Counted from the first letter of the stretch, positions 27,001 to 40,335 are shown. The stretch: 64,000 nucleotides of DNA from Rotaria socialis (GCA_905331295.1 CAJNYD010000033.1:186001-250000), one strand, 5' to 3'. The notes: generated from the letters alone by a model not told the origin. Translations and numbers: made by a program.

Positions 27001-29825
27001 ACTGCCAACGTACGACACTGAGGTACATACCAATAGTACATCTACCTGCACTGACGCGAAAGTTGCAACCAAACGTAGCATTCATAAGTGAGGATTTAGC
27101 TGAAGATTGTTCTCCAATAACTGTCAGTACGATAGGAGATTTGTTGAACGACTGATGCATGTGATTGAGAGATAACTGTATCAATTTACTGTGACACCGT
27201 AGAGGGCGCCCACGCAGAATGTGAAACGAAAATCCTTTGTACATAAGGTCGACAAACGTTTTGGCTAGTAGTTCTGATAGATTGTTAGACACAAAAAGCT
27301 TAGGAAGGTGCTCATAGAGTGCAAAAATTTCATCGCAAAATAAACCGATTGTCAAATCAATATTTGATAATTGATTTTCAATTTTAATAATTCGATGTTC
27401 ACGTGCTTTGTAATCCTCTTTTGCCAAGATAGTTTGATTGAGTATGTTTTCAACTTCAGCTTCATTACCTTTGTTAACATGTAGTGCACATTGTTCTTCT
27501 AGATGCTTAATACGAGACATAACGATATAAGCACCCTCCTTTTCTGCGTTTAATTGACTAAACAACGGTTTTTCATACTGAGCTCGCCATAATTCTAGAT
27601 ATTTTTCTGCTATCAATAGTTCGATGTATGGATGTTTTACAAGCAGATCAATAAAGAACATGGTATATTGAGGGATTTGATCGATAGATTGATATTGCTT
27701 TCGAATTTCCTCTAGCTGAACATTCAGATCAGCAGATGACTGCTCCCAAAGTTGAGATAATTCTTTTTCACATTTAAGTTTGGCACTTTCCAAATAGGTA
27801 ATAGGCGTAACAAGTTTTAGGTTATCCGTTTTATCGGACAATTTCTTAAATAGAGATTCAAGTGTTTGATGTATTTCAAACATATATAATGATGGTGGCG
27901 GAGCATTACCAGTCGATTTTATTTTTATGAAATGTGCTTGAATCATAAAAATTGATTCAAAATTCGATGGGGCACGTAAGACTGCAAGTGTGGAGCGGAA
28001 AGTTTCCATGAGACTATTTCGTAACAGTTTTAGTCGTCTTTCTTCATTAAATTTTGACTCTCTAATCGATTTACTTAATATAGGCGCTCTGATATAAAAC
28101 GTATTCAACCAATTTTCTTTGGCAAAAGCTTGCTGAAATGTTTCACAGGACGAGTTAGACTTTACGTCATATTTTGAATCAAAAACTACAACGATCGTTG
28201 GTTTCATCCTGGTTTCAGTCGAATAATTCATTGTTTTGAGCAGAAAATCTCGATTTTGTAAATCCGCTTCAGTTACAAAGAGAATCTGCATGGAAGAATA
28301 TTGCTGAATCGCAGTAATTAAATCTTCATTTATTGTAGTCATTGTGCCATGAATATCAAACACAATGTATGAATCAGTTTTTGTGAATGAAGCAAACATA
28401 GCATCAATACAGCTTGATCTAAATTGTAGATTTCCATCTGTATTCAACATCTCGCTTCGAATATTTTCAAATAAATATGGCAGAATACTTGTTTTACCAA
28501 GTCCAATAGATGTCGGACTGCCGAAGTACAATATAATGCGATCACTGGAAAAGCAAAAAGTTTCGGCAAGTGTGTTGAAATTAATTTTAAATTCTAATCC
28601 ATTCGTACCAAGTGTGTAATAAGCCAGTGGAATAGGTAAACCATTTTTACGAATCATATTTCCTAGAAATCTTTGACTATCAGAAGATAAAGATTCTATG
28701 GTACAAATAATTAATATATATTTAGTAATTTGTTCGATAATATCTAGAAATGCATCCATGGAACTATTCGTTCGGACTGCATTCAGACAGGAGGAGAGTG
28801 CATCCATAATATCAAATAGACTATGATAACGCTTCAAACTGTCAAGAATGTAAGATTTTAAAGAGCAAGAATGAGTAATATTGTGAAAAATAATTTCGCT
28901 AGTAATTGCTTCATCAATAATAATATTCAAATCAGAATCGAATCCATCTGATTCTGGTTTTATGCACATATAGCCAAATATTTTCTTGAAAATATCCAAA
29001 GCTCCGGCATTCAATGCATTCTGAATAACTTGGATATGTGTACTAGTCCATGGGTGGAGTAGTTCAGCGATATCAAGTCGAGTAACTTTGTGCTCGTGAA
29101 GTTCCCATTTACATTGAGCTTTTATGCCAGTACGAACTAGTCAAAATAGAATAATATTTTCTATGTTTCAAGTACTTCAATATCTATTACCTGATGAATA
29201 CATCTCGTTGTCCATAAGTTCAGAAAAAGAACTAGACGCGCTCAGATCAACCTAATTAATCACACAAGAAGACTATAATACATGACTCGATTTGCCCCTA
29301 CTTTCTGCAGGTATGTTTTAGAATTTTCAGGCAGATTGATCAGTGTCGATTGAGAAGTAATCAGTTTATTTTCTCTACTTATAAAGAAAGATATCAATTA
29401 AAAAATTTTTTGCTGATGCTAACCGTAGCTTTTTTCGTTCTTTGTTAAATAATAGTCGATCCTTGATGTTAGGTATAAGTTCTTTGATAGTTGTTTCATC
29501 GAAATCTTCGTCCATCAACACACCACCATCTATGGTGTTCTCTGATAAAACCGATACCGCCTCAATGATTATTAGTGTAAAACTTTTCGCAACAGAATAC
29601 TACCTTCAAACGCGGAAGCATACTGTTTCAGACCACACGAGCTTAACCATGTGGCAACATCCGACATTGACCAATTCACTGGATTGTGATTCACTAAATC
29701 TTAATCAAAATATAATTTACTAGAAATAAGGTATACTTTGAAAAATTGGATGTACCACTTATAGAAGAATTTTGTGTGATTGGCTTATCGTTCAGCGACG
29801 GTGTTACATTCATAAATTCATCCAT
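24038..29825 (-). CDS. SAM domain + interferon-induced very large GTPase (VLIG/GVIN1/URGCP)-like protein, ~1,840 aa, 6 exons
   Basis: The ~5.1-kb terminal exon (29136-24038) carries VIGEQSSAKSSLMNATFGCNFRVSAGRCTIG and FDTEGL (VLIG-type G motifs), LLFILRDQ, and a C-terminal GCQSRCPGCGAKC..H Cys/His cluster. Five small upstream exons splice in frame and encode PVNWSMSDVATWLSSCGLKQYASAFEENTIDGGVLMDEDFDETTIKELIPNIKDRLLF (SAM). Confidence 0.85.
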
Positions 29826-30935
29826 GATAAAATGATATTTCGCTACAATCTTTTTTTTTTATCTAAGATAGACAATGTGGACACAAATCTGTCGATTTCT
29901 TGATAATAATTATTCTGTGGCATAGTTTTCTGACAAACGTTTTATGAGCATTCTTTTTTAGATTTTTCTTCGCTCAACCAGTTTTATAAAACTTTTTCTG
30001 TCACTTTAAAATTATGTAAAAATGATTTTAAAATGTTGAAAAGAAATTTACAAAACTAAAACAATCAATAAATAATACAAGATAAGTGCGATAAGTGTTC
30101 TAAAGCTGCCCAATCAGACATAAATTTTCGAGTACTCAACAAAAAGAAGCATATCGTAAAATTAGTGCAGAGTGCCCTGGTAGAAATAGAGTCCTGCGGG
30201 AACGACTTTTCCCCGTATTTTCCCGTAAAGACTTTTGCACGCGAGCATGGGAAAAGGGAACAGCATTATAAATTATCATTCCCGAAAGTTTTTCTATCAG
30301 ATCTATATGAATTGAAATGCATACATATCTACATTGTGGACATATTATATAATCAAGACCTTCATCTTTATAATAAACTTTTGAACAGTCTGTCCAAACT
30401 TCACTTTTAGCATTTGCTGGTTTTGCAAACGAGATTGATGGATCATTGAGTAGCTACCTAGTTCGACTTCGAATATAAATGCAAGAAAAACCACTTTCAT
30501 GTTTTCCCACAACCCCGGCCGAAGATTTCCTTTTTATAAATTATGTCAAGAATCAAGGGGAAAATCGCTTTTTAAGAAATCTTCGGCTGATCCTATCTCC
30601 TAGCTACAAAATACTACGGACCTAAAATTATTTTTCACATACGTCTCAGCAACACATTCCTTCGATGCTACTCGCAGCTTGCTGTGGGAGAGCTTTCGCA
30701 CTGAAACTTTTACGGAAATCGATTTAGGCACTACATATTGAAGATTTCAGATAACTGCATTTCCTTCCCGGTTTTCTTCTCTCCAATATCTAAATATGCA
30801 TCAAACGCTTTTAAAACGACTCATGAAAAATCCTTGAAGACGAAATTTGCAGCACCTAGTTTTAAACGAGAACGCTGAGAATTTGAGACACTGTCTTCGA
30901 AAAACGGAAACACGTGAGATTACTCCAAGTGTGAC

Positions 30936-31422
30936 CAGTAGTGTCACATATCCAGGACTTTGGAGATGCTACCACATCTCCCGTGGGAGATGCCGCATTT
31001 CGCGCGAAAGATGCGCCCAAATCGACTGATCCGACATCGGATCCTCAGTGCCGGAATCCTATGAACTTCCGATGACATACAACGGTTTTTCCTTGGAGTT
31101 CATAGGAATCCGACACTGAGGATCCGACATCGATTCCTCGACCCGGAATCCAACGATAATTCTGTAAGATCTGACAGGATCCGATAAAATCCTATTGGAT
31201 TCCAGTCGGATCGGATGGGTTACGATAGGTGCCTACTGTCGGATTGCCCGACCTGGGTGGGTGTGAGTGTGTGGGATGCGCATCTCTAAAGGAGATCTTA
31301 CATCTCCAGTGGTGAATGACCGCATCTCCCGATTGTGGATATCACGTTTCCAGCGGGAGACGCGGCATCTCCTGTGGGAGATGTGGTAGCATTTCCAAAA
31401 TCTTGGATATGTGACACCACTC
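30936..31422. mobile_element. hAT-like MITE carrying a nested palindromic element (~31016-31257)
   Basis: Imperfect TIRs CAGTAGTGTCACATATCCAGGA...CATCTCCC / GGGAGATG...TCTTGGATATGTGACACCACTC; near-TSD AGTGTGAC (30928-30935) / AGTGTGGC (31423-31430). The inner element has ends CCCAAATCGACTGATCCGACA / TGTCGGATTGCCCGACCTGGG. Confidence 0.75.
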
Positions 31423-31621
31423 AGTGTGGCTGGTAGGAAAGGCGGACAACGTGGGTACATACAAACCCAACATACCAAGTGTGGGTGCCACGAAAGGTGG
31501 TCATACGAGTCTACACACAAACACAACACAGCAAGTGTGGGTGCCAGAAAAGGCATACAAGTGTGGCACACAAACTAACCCACACCGGAATTGTTTAACA
31601 TATAAAAAGGAAATCTAAATC

Positions 31622-31622
31622 N
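31622..31622. other. Single ambiguous base (N), possible contig join
   Basis: Sequence reads cntgcc at 31621-31626, within the repeat-rich interval. Confidence 0.9.
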
Positions 31623-32161
31623 TGCCAATTTGAAGATCTTTATCTTTGGCTTTGGGATGGTTTTTAAATGGGCTTGATTTTTTTGCATTTATTTTCGAAT
31701 TGTGAATAGTTATTCAGATGTCGATTTATATTCGAAGTCGTACTAGGCATCTCACGAAGCACTTACCTGTTTGTAGTTTTATTAGTTTTCGTAGATTTGC
31801 AATTATGGACCAAATATTCGCTGTACTTTGAGGGAGCAGTTAAGGTTCTACTCAAGTCACTGCTTCTTTATGATGAATCTAATTTATGTGAGACTGAATA
31901 GAAAAGCTAACAAAAAATACTAGGATAATGTTGGCGATATTCTTATTTGTCATATTCAAAGGAAACTCTCAGACTGTTAGAATATCTTTCAAATAGTTTG
32001 CTCGATTATTATTTCTTATAAGAAAATCTGACTAGTATACTTACTCTGGCTACATCTGCATGGGTATTTTATTTATAACAAGTGGGTATTTTTTCTTTTA
32101 TTGACTCAAGGTAGCTAGCATATTTTTTCTCCACGAGAACAGAATGCAGATGACTGACGTC

Positions 32162-33286
32162 CAGGGTTGCCACCTCTTCCGCTTTTTGCGGAAAGTTTCC
32201 GCTTTTTTGCTCTTTTTCCGCTCTTTTTCCGCTCTTCCGCTCTTCCGCTTTTTTTCCGCTCTTCCGCTTTTTTTCCGCTTTTTTTCCGCTTTTTCATATA
32301 AAAGACTTTCGTTATTTAATTGAAAACTTAACCATGCAAGAAACTAGATAACGTGATGCTAGACGAAAATTTCTTGGAAAATAATTTTCTAACGTATAAT
32401 TCTATACCATTCTTGAAAAATTTTCGCTTCACATGATAGATTTTCCAATAAATTTTTCTAGTGAAACACATTTCGTGCTCATTTTGGCCTCCACTATGAA
32501 ATACATTCACCTGGATTTGAAATGCCAGTGAAGAAAAGAAAATTTCTTTCAAGTTCTTATTCATTTGTTAATATAATAGATGAAAGCATAGCCACATTCG
32601 ACAGCTGAATGTAAAGAACAACATTATCCTCTTAGACTTGTAAAAAGCGAGCTTTATTTTTTGGATTGTACGTTTTTCGGGCCAATGTTTTAATTTGTGC
32701 CAAAAAGGAGTCGCATTCGGCGGCTATATGTGGAAAGGAATATATATTTTTTGTTCTATTACTCTGAAAAATGAGTTTCAGTTTTTTCGATTGCATCTTT
32801 TCGCATAAACTTTTAAAGTGCTGTGCCAAAAAAGAGCCGCCTTCGGTGGTATATTCTCTGCGAAAAATAGTGAACTGACAGTCGCAATACGGCCATTTCA
32901 CTATCACAAAACGAACATTTTTTGGGACGATACAAACATTTTCTCTGTATGGCACTTTTAGAAAAGATGAGTAGAAAAAGAATTGACAGAAAAAATATAT
33001 TTATTTTTGGACCGGAAATCGTTTATCTTTTCTTCTTGGAGTTTCAGGCCAGGTACGCCCTGATATTTTTTATGAGTTGTCTATTATGTTGTGGAACTGC
33101 GAACAAAGTAGTACTATGAGCAATAAAACAAGGTTACTTAAACTCTTGGAAATGTGAAAGGTCAGCAAAAAGCAGCTTTCCGTTTTTTTTCCGTTTTTTC
33201 TATTTTTGTTTCCGCTATTTTCCGTTATTTCCCGCTCTTTTTGATCAAACTTTCCGCTTTTCTGACCTGATGAGGTGGCAACCCTG
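32162..33286. mobile_element. Non-autonomous hAT-like DNA transposon, 1,125 bp
   Basis: Perfect TIRs CAGGGTTGCCACCTC / GAGGTGGCAACCCTG; perfect 8-bp TSD CTGACGTC (32154-32161, 33287-33294); subterminal TTCCGC repeats at both ends; no transposase ORF. Confidence 0.92.
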
Positions 33287-33944
33287 CTGACGTCAATCAC
33301 TTCAAGTTTCAATAAGAATATAGAATGTATATATGGTTTCTACTTTTTGTTAAAGAAGACAGAAAAAAACATCCAGTTTGAAAGACGAATTGACAAACTT
33401 CAGTTTTATAACAATAAATCAAAATATAATTTCAAGAGGGATATCTCTGTCAGAAGTCTTTAGACAATATATAGCTACACTCTATCAATATTTCATTTTT
33501 TTAAAAATATGTTCATTGATAAAAGAATTATTTAAGTACAGTCATTCTCTGTATGTAGATATAATTATTTACTATATAATCAAATCATATTTCAGTATCA
33601 AATAGTTAAAAGATATTAATAAACATCGATGAACACGATCGTATCTGAAGATTTCACGAAGTCTTTTTCTTCTTTTATCCATGAATGAATCGAATAAAAA
33701 AAGCGCTATGCTGACCATCACAATGTGTTTACTGGCAAACAACCACCAAAAAAGATACTTCTAAACACTCGACGCCTTATTGTGACATAGGTGATAGTGA
33801 ATGAGTGTGCTTGAGCAATAAATAATGTAATTGTGGTAGATATTACATTTATCTGAAAAACTTATTGATCAATAAGACCGAAATCAAATAATAATAACAA
33901 TATAATCTCAAAGTGATGCCAGTCTTCTTTGTCTCTATCCGCAC

Positions 33945-34511
33945 CAGGGTGGCCAGATCTTCTGAAAAATAGGGGAAAATTCTGAATTTTGAACATGTTT
34001 CTGATTTTTTCTGAATTTGGAATATATTGAGATCGCTGCTTTGTCACTGAAATTAGGTACGATTATAACCCATTACTATAATAAATCAATACTGTTTCAT
34101 CGATTTTCTCTATTAATCATCTTTATATTCCTCGTTCGACTTCCAAAAGATACGAAATATGAATAACAATACCGAGATGATGGGATTTAACATTTTTTTT
34201 CTCGTTGAAATTCTTAATCTACGCATAATGTATTTGATTTAGTTTTGCTCGTTTTTGTGAACGAGTTTTAAATTTAAAACGAAGCTCAACATTAAGTATC
34301 TTTTATTGATGTCTTTGTATTAGCTAAGCGATATATTCATTATATTGCCTTTCGTTTTATTGAAATATCTTTGAAATAAAATTCCAGTCAATGAACAGAA
34401 ACGCAGCAGAACTTTGGATGCCAGTATTTTAGCGAAAGATGTACGAATTTGCCAAAAACTGCCATTTTCAGATTAATTTCTGATTTTTCAATTTTTGATT
34501 TGGCCACCCTG
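33945..34511. mobile_element. Non-autonomous hAT-like element, 567 bp
   Basis: TIRs CAGGGTGGCCAGATC / GATTTGGCCACCCTG; perfect 8-bp TSD ATCCGCAC (33937-33944, 34512-34519). Confidence 0.92.
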
Positions 34512-34828
34512 ATCCGCACTCATATCTCTCTGTTTTATCCTTCTAATATTTGTTATAAATTAGATTAACCCATTATAATAGAGTTAAAAGAGAAAAAATG
34601 ATCATCAAATCTTATATATTAGTGATCAATGTTTAAAGTGTGATTAAAGAACAAAAAAAAAGTGCATGAATAGAACACGGTCTCTTATTCTCATTACCCT
34701 AAATCATTGTAGATATAACAAAAATAGAGAAGAATAAATAAACAAGCATAGATTAACCCACGGTGTAACAACAAAACAAAACAAAAAACAATAACGATTA
34801 TAGTTAAAATGAAATAAAAGCACAAAAA

Positions 34829-37450
34829 TCAATTTATGCCTTCAGAATTATCAATAGTCATGGCAGTTGCTCCCTCAGTAACAGTTTCAACAGTAACTGG
34901 TTGTGATGAATCTTTCGAATTAGTATTCTGAAAGTAGAATAAAAACAAATATTAATAAAGATCGCATATCATCAAATGGTCAGGTTTCAGTTCGTCTTAC
35001 TTTTTTTTCTTTACTAGTTTTTTTCTTTGCTTCTTTCGCTTCTTTAGCCAATTGTTGTTCTAATTTTCGACGCTCTTTTTCTTCTTGTTTGCTTTTTTCA
35101 ACAAGCAATGCTTGTTCACGTTCGCGTCTTAGCACTTCAGGATCGCAAAACTTGATTGTCGCTTTATTCGTGCCAGCTATTGAATAGAGGAAAACAATAG
35201 AAATATAATTTTGAAAGAAAATTTCATTTCATACTTCTATCCTCGAGTCGCACGCCTAATTCCGGTAAAACTTCGTTCCTTACATGATCACATAATGCCA
35301 GAATTTCTTTGTTTTTAACTTCAATGGCTTGTGTACGCACAGCATCTCGAAATAGTGCAAATTGTTCTACATATGGCATAGCAATATCTTCGACATTAAC
35401 AGCGGATGCTTGTTGTTCAGTTGATCGAGTAAATCCGATGTCGTCGGTTGATGGTACAGAAGAATTCAAACCAAAAATATCAATTAAACCTGTTATATAA
35501 GCAGCAATATTGCGTAACAGGAGGCGATTAACAGTTGCATTTGTGCGGTTCATATAAATATTTGTTGTTGTTATTAATTGACGTATATTTTCCATTACAG
35601 TTGGTGTATCGATGGAATCACATAAAGCCAAATGTACTTGTTTTTTAATTGCCGAAAAACGTTCATTTAATTGTAAATCATATTCATCATATTTGGTATA
35701 AGCGCTCGAATGATTTAATTGTTTCATTGAACGTAGGTGTGTTTTGATATTCAAGAAAAATTCACTAAGTAATTTTTCATAACTTAAAGTTTTTTCCATG
35801 CCAGAATCACTGTAGTCTAATGTTGATGACCACGAATGTAATAGAAATAATAAACGTATTTGTCTTGATGTATATTTTTCGAGTGCTTGTTGAATGGTAA
35901 CGAAATTCTTTAATGATTTCGACATTTTACATCCGGATATTGTTAAATGACCACTATGTAGAAAATAATTTACCCATGAATCACTATCATAGAAAGCTTC
36001 AGATTGAGCAATTTCATTGTCATGATGAGGAAATTTCAAGTCGATACCACCTGTATGAATATCAAATTGTGCACCTAAAAGATAAAAACAAGTACGAGTC
36101 TATACTATTTTTTTTTCTCATAAAAAAATCTCTTACCTAAGGTAGTACTAGCCATAACACTACATTCAATGTGCCATCCTGGTCGACCAAATCCCCATGG
36201 TGATTGCCAAACTGGTTCACCTATTTTACTTTTTTTCCATAAAACGAAATCGCATTCATTCTTCTTTTCTTTGCTCGTATTTGAAGCTGTTGTTAATGCT
36301 CCTTCTCCTTCAGTTAATGCATCAATATCTCCCATGCGGTCAGGTTCTAATTTTGCATATGCATGTTGTTTATGAAATTTAATTGTATCAAAATAAACCG
36401 ATGAATTCGATTCATACGCATAACCGTTTTCAATTATCTTCTGAATAAATGTTATTATCTCAGGTACATATTCACTTACACGTGTTAAAATATCTGGAGG
36501 TAAAATATTTAAGCGTGACATATCCGAATGAAATTCTGATTCATAATGACGAGCTAATTCAAGAAAAACTTCATTGTCCAATGGATTTGTTGAATGAGAA
36601 TAGCTAAAATCCAAATACGATGAAAGTATATCATGGCAATCAGCATACAATATCTATTTAGAACAACAATGAAAAGTTCGATTTAATTAAAGCTTTTGCA
36701 CTTTATTTACTTTTCTTTTAGCTTCTACATCAGTTACAGCAGCAATATTTTGAAGTGAATTCTCTACGGTAGATATTTGTTTATCATACATAGCTTGTTT
36801 GTCTTTGTCTGTTTCACGTGACCGTACATCTTTGACATGCTAATAAAAGAATAGAAATTAGGATAGATTCATTTCATTTGAAAATTCTATATTCTACTTT
36901 AAGTGCGAGCTGACAATCTTCGAGTACTTTTTCAATTGGAATTGTACTATCATCTTTATATTTCTTAATAAGATATCTTTCACGAGCTCGTTTAATGATC
37001 TTTAAATATAAAAATGAGCATATGGTTTTTTAAACACTAGAAAATTTACTTTATCGTCAATATCAGTTATGTTCATACAATACAAAATATCATAACCAAA
37101 ATAATCAGCCATAACACGTCGAAGTATATCAAATGAAATGTACGATCTGAAAATAGAAAAGGTAGATAAAATAAATAAATCAATCTCATTCGATTACCGA
37201 GCATGACCCATGTGAGATGTGTCATATACAGTTGGTCCACAACTATACCATCGTATTTCATTACCATTTATCGGTACGAAAAGTTCCTAAAAAGAAAACA
37301 AAAAAAATAATTTAATAAAATAGTACACATTATGATTACCTTCTTTTTGGTAAAGCTGTTATAAAGATGAAGTTGTGTTTCTGCTGCTGCTGCTTCAGGA
37401 CGTTTCCATGATGAAGATGATGATGATTTTTGTTGATGTGTTGAGCACAT
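34829..37450 (-). CDS. CARS1: Cysteinyl-tRNA synthetase, cytoplasmic type, multi-exon
   Basis: [23 protein letters not shown] (HIGH motif), [62 protein letters not shown] (KMSKS), [19 protein letters not shown]. Confidence 0.95.
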
Positions 37451-38083
37451 TTTCTATCGATAAAAAAATCCGAATAACAACCGTTTAATTGATATCTAGA
37501 ATTATATAAAGAGAAGAAAACGACTAATGCAATGCTCTAAATGTTGTTGGCCTCATTTCATCATATGTGTATAAGGAGACACACACACACACACACCCAC
37601 ATCTCCATAATCATTAAGCATCCTCCAACGAAAATATAATGTCACTCTCTTCCTTGCTTTTGCGTTCTGCATTCTATGACTGGTTATATCAAGTTTTTTA
37701 GAATCTAAAAATAATCGAGATGGCAGTAGATGTCAATACAAATCTTACACTAAACACATGCAGCAAATTGCTTGAGTTGTAGCAATCGTTAGTTTATTTC
37801 CTATTAAAATCTTATGCTGAAAACGTTTTAAGCGGAAAAAATGAATCGACTGAGAATAACTAGCAAATGATTGTGTCAATTCGTTGGAATTACTTTCACG
37901 TGATTAAGAAATGTCTATAATCGATTTTTCGTGTGATCACCGGTAACTTCATTGGAGATCTCTGCTGCTTTCAATTACATTCTATATTTTATAAACTTAA
38001 ATTGATAACTTTTCAAATTAAATACCTAGACAAAACTCTTGATTTTTCTTAAATTGAAATAAGAATAAAAACAACAACATTTA

Positions 38084-39840
38084 TTATCGTAAAAATTCAT
38101 TTCTTCGAAACGATGGTGCAAATCTTTTCGTTGCTGCATTGTTTATATCTTTCTCTGTAAAACTATAATTTTTTTGATCCAATAATTCGTGAAATACTTC
38201 CAATTGACATCGAGTAAATTCATAACTACGATACCAATTTCCTGAACGTTCCAATTTTTCACCATTTTTATCAAATGTTGTTGGTGGTGGACATCCATAA
38301 TCATCAAATTTAGCTTGATACTTTATTGTTGGATCCTGTCGTGTTTTATGTATACGTTCACATACAAGACATTCAAATTGATGAATAAAATTGCCGCGAA
38401 CACGATCATTATGTATACCCCATTTACGTTCAGACATTGTTCGTGCCAAGAGTGTATCATTTGAAATGATTTGATACAGTTTAAAATGACGATAGGAATC
38501 ATACATAGTATCGTTGACATTTAATTCATGTATAAAACGAGCTAACAGTTCAGGTGTCGTAAAATCAAGCATTGATATTGCTGAATGATTATCAGGAAGA
38601 AAATCCTATTTTGAAAAATAGACAAATACAATAGATTGTGATAAGAGATGTTTCTATCTACTTGAAATTGATCTGATCCATAGACTATTGGTACAGTACC
38701 AACTTTTAATGGACGCCAGAATTTTTCAGTTATATAATCAGTACATATCGCATTTTCAAAGGCCAATGTAAATTTATATTTACTAACAAGTTTTAATATT
38801 TCATCGTGTTCCATAGTTTCAACTGGATTTCTTAAACTACAAGACAAGACGAAGGATGTTTAATATAAAAAGAAAACATTTTTATTCAATATTCTATATG
38901 TACATACTTCTCTGGTAAATCTTTATTATGTAAACAACCTCCATAGGAATCAACTTGAATATATTTCATTAATTCTTTAACATATAAATCCCGATCCGAT
39001 GGTGTACTACAATCCGATTGGATATAGATGATTGGTGCTAAATTTTCAGTCGTTTGTAATTGTGTTTTTTCTTTAACATCAATTAGATATGTTTGATCTA
39101 ATAAATCATCAATGGATGCTAACCACTGAGTTGTTAAAGGTAGATCGGAGTGACGTTTAAATGTTGCTGTATGATTAAACATATTCATTATAGATTCAAA
39201 TGAAAATGCATAATTATTTTTTGGTGATTCTTCATGAATCAATGACCATTGTTCATGGTCATGACGTGGCAACGGTAAATCATATAAACGAAAACTAGTA
39301 CCATAGAAAAGAAATGCAGAAAATTGTTTATTATCACGATATTTTCGTATATTGGATATAAAACATCGTGCTTGATTATTGTTATTACATCGTGTATACG
39401 AGCCTGTGTCATATGTAAATGGTGTCCACCAGACAAGAATAGGTACACTTATATTTGCTGCTGAAAAATATTCGTCTTCTTTGTCTTTAACATCTATTAA
39501 AAATAATTATAACTGAAAAAAAACAATTTATCATGTTGAAAAAGATTTACAATCAGTTAAAATAGATTTATCAAGTCGACCACGAGTTTCTGTAATATAA
39601 ACTGTACCAATAGGTTCCCCATCGTCATCAATATATCGCTTAAGAGAGTGAAAGTATAATGCGGCAAACTTATTCATTCTATGCAAAACTTACCAAATGA
39701 TAGAAGAAAAAATAGATTAAAATTAATAATAGAACCAATAAGATAATATTAAAACTATAATTTATAGAAATAAAACTTATGACAATAGACTAATTAATAG
39801 GACAATAACGAAAACAATACCAACGAACTTGAAATTTCAT
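38084..39840 (-). CDS. Alpha-(1,3)-fucosyltransferase 10/11-like (GT10), type II membrane protein, multi-exon
   Basis: Spliced N-terminus MKFQVRCFNIILLVLLLILIYFFFYHL (TM anchor); WSLIHEESPKNN, FNHTATFKRHSDLPLT, YIQSDCSTPSDRD.YV.ELM, YKFTLAFENAICTDYITEKFWRPL (GT10 motif). Confidence 0.88.
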
Positions 39841-40335
39841 TATAAATATTTCAAATACATGAAAGACACATTTAGGTAGCAGACAATAGAATGTATTATA
39901 AAATCGTTCGAATACCGATTGTTGAGAACTTGGCCAGATGCTTGTAAAAGTATTATGATATTTAATTGGCTCTATGTATTTTATTTTAATAGGAACGAAG
40001 TTCTTATCATTTTGATTCAAAATATCAAAAAGATGAATCTGATATAAAATGTTTGTATTTTGTTTCAATACACTTCCTGTCTTTTCTAAGCATTGACTAA
40101 CAGGTAACAGTAAATCATAGATAATTGTAAATCGACGTCTAACGTTATCTATCGTTAGCTCCAATAACTAGATGATGTAATAGACCATTCATATAAACGT
40201 GGAACCATCTGGATGGACCTGATGCGTATATACATTTTGATTTATTATGTCATTATTAATTTTATTATGAATAATTTATTGAATTAAATCAAACTAAAAC
40301 ATAATATATTAGTTCATTTTTAATAGATTCTAATC

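Noticed and set aside
31250..31590. TGTGGG-like words suggesting telomeric repeats
   Set aside because: They are few, dispersed and not tandem, so better explained as internal repeats of mobile elements.
32115..32297. Lys/Arg-rich histone- or protamine-like ORF; CRISPR-like appearance
   Set aside because: It is the reverse translation of TTCCGC subterminal repeats of the transposon; there is no repeat-spacer structure.
39790..40164. 124-aa ORF overlapping the fucosyltransferase start; apparent in-frame TAG in the FUT N-terminus
   Set aside because: The TAG falls in a short GT-AG intron that restores the frame; the upstream ORF has no ATG or recognisable motif.
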